Part shown: one piece after another, positions 57,838 to 64,000 of the stretch | Layout: each line of letters starts with the position of its first letter | How positions within the stretch are numbered: position 1 is the stretch's first letter | From: a virus | Lineage: Duplodnaviria > Caudoviricetes | Strand: one strand, 5' to 3' | Length of the DNA stretch: 64,000 nucleotides | IMG/VR virus record: IMGVR_UViG_3300028175_000001 | Notes under the pieces: generated by a model | Seen by the model: the letters and a program-made list of their open reading frames with translations, nothing else | Databases searched by the model: none | Told to the model about the DNA's origin: nothing | Position numbers and translations under genes: made by a program

Positions 57838-58619
57838 AAATCTTTCGCTTTTTCTAAACAGCTATCAAATCTAGGAGAACTAAAGTGCCCCTGATTATTA
57901 ATCTCTTCATTGATATCTATATTTGTGGTATGTGCTATAGTATCAATATTCATTGCTCTAGATAAATGAGTCCACATTCCTTCTGTAGCAAAAATAAAAT
58001 CAGACATTTGTAATATTTCTACATTTCTAGAATAGTTAAAATCCTCTAAAGGAAAAAATGTTATTTCTGGAAACTTTCTAATCAAAAAGTCTATCTTCAT
58101 TCTTTGTTTTTTAGTTACTATATCTTGATTTTTATCATACACCAGATAACAAACTTTTTTTCTTTTTTCTCTAATATCAAAATCAATAGGCCAATACGAT
58201 CCATCAGTCCATATTTTATTGTACAGCATATTAAAAGTATTATTATAGTAATTACACCCTGTCGGAAGAGATATTTTTTTAAAATCTTTATCGTAAGTAT
58301 TCTCGTAGGTATTTTCAATCATTACATGAGCGTCTTGCCATGATATTTTTTTCTTTAAATGCACAGTTGTAATTTTATTTTTAGGTCTTTTAAACTGAAA
58401 AAAATCAATTATTTGATAAAAATCTTCACATAAAAGTTTCTTTGGCTTTGGATGAACGTCCAGTGATTCACACATATAAACGACACTATCACGTTCAAAA
58501 TAATCCATTACACTTAGAAATGCAGAAACATATACGAACCTATCTCCAAGCCCCCCGTCATTCGGGACAAAATAAAAAGTTAAAGGATCAGACAAAGAGG
58601 ATTTATGGAAAACATTCAT
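57816..58619 (-). CDS. GT-B-like glycosyltransferase (GT9/GT11-like motifs)
   Basis: GGLGDRF near the N-terminus; SDFIFATEGMWTHLSRAM near the C-terminus. Confidence 0.5.
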   Translation of the reverse strand: MNVFHKSSLSDPLTFYFVPNDGGLGDRFVYVSAFLSVMDYFERDSVVYMCESLDVHPKPKKLLCEDFYQIIDFFQFKRPKNKITTVHLKKKISWQDAHVMIENTYENTYDKDFKKISLPTGCNYYNNTFNMLYNKIWTDGSYWPIDFDIREKRKKVCYLVYDKNQDIVTKKQRMKIDFLIRKFPEITFFPLEDFNYSRNVEILQMSDFIFATEGMWTHLSRAMNIDTIAHTTNIDINEEINNQGHFSSPRFDSCLEKAKDLCTDLMI

Positions 58620-58797
58620 ATTTTTTTACATACCATTTAATAACATTTTTATAAAATTGCTGGCTATCATGATCTGCTTTGAATTGTTTTATGAAGGCAC
58701 TTGTTGCATTATGATTTGATAATATTATTGAAGAAATGTTTTGCAATTCTCGTAAAGAATAATCTTGTATGATATTATCGATTATTTTTTCGTTCAT
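58603..58797 (-). CDS. Small hypothetical protein
   Basis: 64-aa ORF filling the gap in a same-strand operon. Confidence 0.5.
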   Translation of the reverse strand: MNEKIIDNIIQDYSLRELQNISSIILSNHNATSAFIKQFKADHDSQQFYKNVIKWYVKKYECFP

Positions 58798-58813
58798 AAT
58801 TTTCTAAAACAAT

Positions 58814-59887
58814 TTATGAGCATTTCCATAAAGGCAATGAGCAATTTAATTTCTTTTTTGGAATTTTGCTATCTGCAGAACTCACACACGCATCCGTAAT
58901 ACAAGGTTTTACATCATTAAATAATTTAAATCCTGTTTCAATATTTCCTAAAGGAACATCTCTGCAAGAATAAGATCGCTTAATGCTCCCATCAGGCTCA
59001 CGAATAATACAACTACGATAGCCAGAAGAACACATCCATTCTTTGAAATTATTAAAATTAAACGCATTGAACCTTTCAGATTGATCAAGATACCATTCAT
59101 TTCCCTCATCATCATTCATCACAATTTCAAATTCTTGACGAATATTTTTGAGTTTTTTTGATTTAACTTCCATATTTGTAATCTGAGGCATTCCATTATG
59201 TAGTATATGTATTTGTTCTTTTGTATATCCATCAACAACAAACGTTGCGGTAGGATCACTCTGGGGTTTAAGCGTTACGTTTATACCTCGTTCATAAAAA
59301 TAAAGCAGATTTTTATATGTTTCATCAAAAGTTTCTGGTATCATAACAGAATTAATTGTGACACGCACACCATTACGTTGACAAAATTCAAGTTTATCAG
59401 CAAAACCCTCAAACTTGTCCAGATCAAGATATTCACGATGAAATGATGCGGTAATAGATGCTCTTGTAAATTTTTTAGCGGATTCGACATATCGTTCAAA
59501 CCATTTCATAGGCCGAGAACAATTTGATGTCATATGTATAGAAGAATAATTAGTATTATGTACATCATCAGAAAGATGCTTAAGTATGTCTAAATATCCT
59601 GGATGAAAAGTGGGTTCACCCCCAGATAAGCTAAAATGAAAACTATTAAACCCTCTCTGTCTCGCCTGTAATTTAATTTCATCGATTGTTTCAAGACACA
59701 ACTTAGTGGGCCTATGATCTTTCGTATTGCTTCTAGCATATGGCCAACAATACGAACATCTATAATTACAAAATCGACCTAACAGCCAGGACACTGTAAA
59801 TAAGTCAGTATCCAACATTTTCCAGGTCCCAACTCGTTCAATTCTATCCCAAGGTATCTTGGTAAAATCATATTCACTTAATTTCAT
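58814..59887 (-). CDS. Radical SAM enzyme
   Basis: FCNYRCSYC, SGGEPTFHP, MTSN, SFHRE; C-terminal Cys-rich region. Confidence 0.9.
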   Translation of the reverse strand: MKLSEYDFTKIPWDRIERVGTWKMLDTDLFTVSWLLGRFCNYRCSYCWPYARSNTKDHRPTKLCLETIDEIKLQARQRGFNSFHFSLSGGEPTFHPGYLDILKHLSDDVHNTNYSSIHMTSNCSRPMKWFERYVESAKKFTRASITASFHREYLDLDKFEGFADKLEFCQRNGVRVTINSVMIPETFDETYKNLLYFYERGINVTLKPQSDPTATFVVDGYTKEQIHILHNGMPQITNMEVKSKKLKNIRQEFEIVMNDDEGNEWYLDQSERFNAFNFNNFKEWMCSSGYRSCIIREPDGSIKRSYSCRDVPLGNIETGFKLFNDVKPCITDACVSSADSKIPKKKLNCSLPLWKCS

Positions 59888-61236
59888 TTAACTCTTACTA
59901 ATTCATTATTTTCAATTTGATAATTGTCATAATAATCATTAAAATTCTGACCCCAAATTTCATCTGATTTTTTTCGATATATCAAAAATCTATTAAAATT
60001 ATTATAAGAAAGTTTTGTGTTTTTCACATAATGCACAATATAGTCGAGCCATATTTTTGCTTGTCTCTCATATAATATATTACCCGTCATGTCTTTTTTT
60101 TCTATAAGTTCATAAGTTTTTTTAATATCGTGTTCTGTTTCTTCTGCAAAATCATACATGATCAAAGACGGATTTATATACTTCGGAGTTTGCACAATAG
60201 ACGCATTAAATTGTATTTCAGAATTTGGTTTATCAGTGGGAGGATATAAATCAAGTATTGAATCAAAAATATCATACAGATCTAGCATTTGATATATTGA
60301 AGTGGTTATTGATGCGCTTAAATAAGTATGTTTATTTTCTTTTTTAAAATTATATATATTTTGTTTCAGTTTTTCCCAATCACCACCATTTCTAAAATAA
60401 GGATACATTTTTCTTCCAGCATCAATAGATATGATTATAGACGAAGATTTAAAAGGAGCTAAAAGTTCTGATAATTTTAAAACGTCTAAATTAGGAGAAT
60501 TAAAATTTGAATGAAAACTAATATTCATATTTTTAGCATTAGGATGTTCGGCTAATCCTTTAAGCGTAGGAAAAAACTGTTTTTGATATAACAATTCTCC
60601 TCCAGAAAAATCAATATACTCCAAATAGGGAAAATTTTCATTCAAATCATCAATGATTTTCAAAGCATCTTCTGTCGAAAGGCTCATTTCATTTTTATCA
60701 TTCGGACCATGTCGATGTTCTGTTCCCAATAATTGTCTTAAATCATATTGATGCACTTCTTTATCAGGTTTATAATTTAATAGTTTAGTAATCCACCCAG
60801 AAGAATAAACCTTAGAACAATGCAAACATGCAAAATTACATGCTGTGCTAAATCTTAATTCTAAATGCCTTAATCCCTTAAAATCAGTTTTATGATTATT
60901 TTTATCATAACATTTTAATAATGGAGTGTTACAACTTTCGCGGTTCAGCTCAGTTGTACCCCCGTGGCTTTTATGGAACCAACCATCTATCGGCAAATAA
61001 TCTTTTCTCATAGAAATTAAATTATCTCGTTCCATATCTTCACATGTATCACAGCCTGACGGCCACTTGTCTTGATATAGAAGTTCTCTGAGATTTCTAA
61101 AATTTTGATGATTAAATATTTCAGAAGGCAAAACAGTTTCATGTGTATAGACCAATTGATCTGATTGTCTAGGACATGTTGTAATCACGCCATTCTTATA
61201 ATTTATTCCACCCAAAGCATAATAGCATTTTAACAT
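59884..61236 (-). CDS. Radical SAM enzyme with an N-terminal twitch-like Cys domain
   Basis: KCYY...TCP...CDTC; ACNFACLHC; SGGELL; SIDA. Confidence 0.9.
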   Translation of the reverse strand: MLKCYYALGGINYKNGVITTCPRQSDQLVYTHETVLPSEIFNHQNFRNLRELLYQDKWPSGCDTCEDMERDNLISMRKDYLPIDGWFHKSHGGTTELNRESCNTPLLKCYDKNNHKTDFKGLRHLELRFSTACNFACLHCSKVYSSGWITKLLNYKPDKEVHQYDLRQLLGTEHRHGPNDKNEMSLSTEDALKIIDDLNENFPYLEYIDFSGGELLYQKQFFPTLKGLAEHPNAKNMNISFHSNFNSPNLDVLKLSELLAPFKSSSIIISIDAGRKMYPYFRNGGDWEKLKQNIYNFKKENKHTYLSASITTSIYQMLDLYDIFDSILDLYPPTDKPNSEIQFNASIVQTPKYINPSLIMYDFAEETEHDIKKTYELIEKKDMTGNILYERQAKIWLDYIVHYVKNTKLSYNNFNRFLIYRKKSDEIWGQNFNDYYDNYQIENNELVRVK

Positions 61237-62174
61237 TAAAATTCTTCATCTATAAATACATCTTGATTAGATTGCTTGCACGTAGTCCAACATTTTTCCA
61301 TCGGATTTTTGTTCCAAGAGTTTATTACATAATCATATAATTCTCCCGTCATTACTTCATCAGGAGTATTATATTTTAAATTAATTTCAAGAGGCCCTCC
61401 CAATTCTTGATACTTTTTCATAAATCTAGTTTCTATTTCGTTACCACCATAGACCTGTAAATATTCAGAATTAAAAAAACAACATGGCAATAATGCTCCA
61501 GTATGACTTAAAAAAATTCTTTTTTGATTTCCATATTTACACACTATTTTATGTTCCATCTTTCTAGTTTTAGTCTTTGATTCTTTATTATCATTTCTAT
61601 GGGAATATATCAATCTGAAATTTTCAAATCCTTCTTCTTTTGCTATTCGTTTTGCATCATCTATCAAATGCTCATTATGTTCAAATGCTATAAATTGCCA
61701 AGTCGCATGTCCTCCTGCTTTTATAAATTCTTTCCAATTTTCTTGGATTTTTTTATAATTAGAACCTATTCTATATTTTTCTAATGATTTTTGATCAACC
61801 CCGTCGATACCAAAAAATATAGATATTCTTCTTTCTCCTAAATTTTTCCAAAATTTCTTAGTTTTGGTTGAACCATTAGTTGATATGTTTATATTTACAT
61901 CATCTAAATAATCTAAAATTTCTAATAATTCAGGATGCAATGTTGGTTCATCTATTGATCCACAAAAATTTATCAACTTGCAATTAGGAAAAGTTTTCTT
62001 TGTAATCCATTTTTTAATTTGTTTGAGTGATATTACATCTTTATTTAAAACACTGTTTACTTTGTTTCTTTTAATTTGACGAAAACATCCAGGACAATCA
62101 ATATTACAATATGATGTCAATTCTATATCAATCCACTCAATCGTGTCTCTAGACCACATAAACTCTCTTTCCAA
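61236..62174 (-). CDS. Radical SAM enzyme with a C-terminal SPASM/twitch-like domain
   Basis: YCNIDCPGC, GSIDEP, ISTNG, GIDG; VC...PCC...CWTTC. Confidence 0.9.
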   Translation of the reverse strand: MEREFMWSRDTIEWIDIELTSYCNIDCPGCFRQIKRNKVNSVLNKDVISLKQIKKWITKKTFPNCKLINFCGSIDEPTLHPELLEILDYLDDVNINISTNGSTKTKKFWKNLGERRISIFFGIDGVDQKSLEKYRIGSNYKKIQENWKEFIKAGGHATWQFIAFEHNEHLIDDAKRIAKEEGFENFRLIYSHRNDNKESKTKTRKMEHKIVCKYGNQKRIFLSHTGALLPCCFFNSEYLQVYGGNEIETRFMKKYQELGGPLEINLKYNTPDEVMTGELYDYVINSWNKNPMEKCWTTCKQSNQDVFIDEEF

Positions 62175-63397
62175 TTAGTATTTCTTGCTTTATCTAGATC
62201 ATTAAGATAATTTATCAATATATCGCCATTATCTGACCAACCATCTTTTTCAAACATATAATTTATATAAAAAGGCAAAACTTCTTTTGCTTTTTCGGTA
62301 AACATATATGAATCAATATTTTTTTTGATTTCATTTTTTAGTTCAATGGGCAAATTTTGTGCCGACAGGTGATACGGTTCTGTGACATGGTTTTCAAATA
62401 AAAATCTTATGTTTGGAAAATTTTCACGCAAAAAATCATATGTATCAATAAGATAAAACATACTCACATTACTACACGTCCATTGAAATGATACATCAAA
62501 ATTCGAAGGAAATTCTTTTAGATTATTACACCATTCATCCCACTTCAAACCATATCTAAAATACTCTCCAGCCCGTTCAACACAATCAACCGAAAGCCTA
62601 AGTCTCACTTTTTTAAAATTCTCCATATTTTCAAATTTTAAAGAACCATTACTCACATATGATATTTCCACATTCTTAGCATATGAACTTCCATTCAACC
62701 GCTTAATAAATTCATTATGTCGTTTATTCCAAAAACTTTCGCCGCCTAGAAAATTATATCTTTTTATTTGACTTATATCTAAATTATCCCAAAACGCACT
62801 ATCTTGCGATATCCAAGCATTAGTATCATACCCAGTTCTATGAATATAATTATATTTTTCTATTAGTGTTCTATCTTCGAGCCATCTCGAACTAACGGCA
62901 GGATTACAATGAATGCATTTAAAATTACAAATTGTACCTGTACGAACATCTATATGAAAAGGATGAACGTTTACATCACCATCATCCATTGTATGTGAGA
63001 TTAAATGTTCATATTTATCAAACCACATGTGATTTTCATCCATGCGTTTACTCACGCCGTTCAATTCTTCAACGTGCTTACATCTATTACAGTTTTCAGG
63101 CCATTCATTATTTAAAAATGATTTGCGTATTTCTTTAAAATATAAACCATTCCATTGATCTTCTATACTACTGTTATCTAATTTGTTAACCCATTTCAGA
63201 TATTCTTCGCCGAACTCCTTATTCAATGAATTAAAACTCCCCTCAGGAGGATTTTCAGATAGAGTGGGAATCCAATCAATATCTCGTTTACGAAACATTT
63301 GTTTCCATTGTTTTTCGATATCACTATAACCACACACTCTAGGTCTACCTGAAAGATTAGTTCCGAAATTAATCCAGGGTAAAATACAGGGCGTCAT
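62123..63397 (-). CDS. Radical SAM enzyme with an N-terminal twitch-like Cys domain
   Basis: PCILPW...VCG...CNRC; ICNFKCIHC; LGGES; VSNG; SVDC. Confidence 0.9.
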   Translation of the reverse strand: MTPCILPWINFGTNLSGRPRVCGYSDIEKQWKQMFRKRDIDWIPTLSENPPEGSFNSLNKEFGEEYLKWVNKLDNSSIEDQWNGLYFKEIRKSFLNNEWPENCNRCKHVEELNGVSKRMDENHMWFDKYEHLISHTMDDGDVNVHPFHIDVRTGTICNFKCIHCNPAVSSRWLEDRTLIEKYNYIHRTGYDTNAWISQDSAFWDNLDISQIKRYNFLGGESFWNKRHNEFIKRLNGSSYAKNVEISYVSNGSLKFENMENFKKVRLRLSVDCVERAGEYFRYGLKWDEWCNNLKEFPSNFDVSFQWTCSNVSMFYLIDTYDFLRENFPNIRFLFENHVTEPYHLSAQNLPIELKNEIKKNIDSYMFTEKAKEVLPFYINYMFEKDGWSDNGDILINYLNDLDKARNTNWKESLCGLETRLSGLI

Positions 63398-64000
63398 AAT
63401 GACCTCAATAACGGTCTAATCCCTACAGGCTTATCATCATCCAATGCCAAATGAATTGTTTTTGTGGGTTTTAAATTAAAATCTTCACAAATTTTAAAAT
63501 AGTTTTTTTCATATTTTCTCCAGAAATATTCTGGACCAAATTCCTCCATAAAACGAATTCCTAGATACATTAAAGGATGTTGATTCATATTAAAATTATT
63601 CATCAGTGTAATAGATCCTTCGGGTTCTTCACGAGCAAATCTTACACCAATTCTATTACCCCCAATACCAGCTTTACTCAAACTGACCGCAAATGTTTTA
63701 ATCGCAGGATGATCGAAATTAAATTCAATATCACGAATACACCCAATCCAAGCAGAATCAACATGCACCGATATGTTTAATTCATGACATTTATCTAAAA
63801 TTTCATACATATTTGGATGCATATCACCATAATAAGGAAACGGCATAGCAATTAACAATTCTTTATTTGAATTTAATGTATCTATTGTAGCATATTTTAT
63901 ATTATTATTCAACCTCCAATGGTATTTGTAATCTTTTTCAAAAGTTTGTATGTCTCCACATCTTTGATATAAATCATCAATAAAATGAGTACATCCTTGT
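63394..64000 (-). CDS. PLP-dependent (fold type I) enzyme, 5'-partial
   Basis: VHVDSAW (Asp) and VSLSKAG...RIG (Lys). The frame stays open from the window end (QGCTHFIDDLYQR...), so the TTG at 63912 is not the true start. Confidence 0.65.
   Translation of the reverse strand, partial: QGCTHFIDDLYQRCGDIQTFEKDYKYHWRLNNNIKYATIDTLNSNKELLIAMPFPYYGDMHPNMYEILDKCHELNISVHVDSAWIGCIRDIEFNFDHPAIKTFAVSLSKAGIGGNRIGVRFAREEPEGSITLMNNFNMNQHPLMYLGIRFMEEFGPEYFWRKYEKNYFKICEDFNLKPTKTIHLALDDDKPVGIRPLLRSL

Noticed and set aside
1-64000. tRNA, rRNA, introns, inteins, or a diversity-generating retroelement
   Set aside because: Intergenic gaps are too short and I saw no cloverleaf, intein or reverse-transcriptase motifs; a tRNAscan/Infernal run would confirm.

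Overview
Strongly AT-rich, gene-dense segment of a large T4-like myovirus resembling marine cyanophage/pelagiphage-type phages; the host cannot be determined from this window. About 1-41 kb is the virion morphogenesis region: gp16, neck gp13/14/15, a fibre, a DUF4815/VrlC-like giant, baseplate gp8/7/6/25/5/27-like/53, two gp48 paralogs, gp4, gp2, gp54/19-like, gp26/51 and a tape-measure-like gene. Then come gp32, gp59 and gp33. From 42.6 kb to the end is a ~21 kb modification island: two multi-domain glycosyltransferase fusions (one ending in an Aah/TibC-type protein O-heptosyltransferase), several stand-alone GT-like genes, methyltransferases, a 2OG-Fe(II) oxygenase, an SGNH-like protein, five clustered radical SAM enzymes and a PLP-dependent enzyme. 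Highlights are that island (candidate virion or protein glycosylation pathway), a probable -1 ribosomal frameshift joining gp26 to a start-less gp51 ORF, four late promoters sitting exactly 5 nt before ATG (candidate leaderless mRNAs), and small modules reused across many virion proteins. Protein family calls come from motif recognition and synteny, not database searches.
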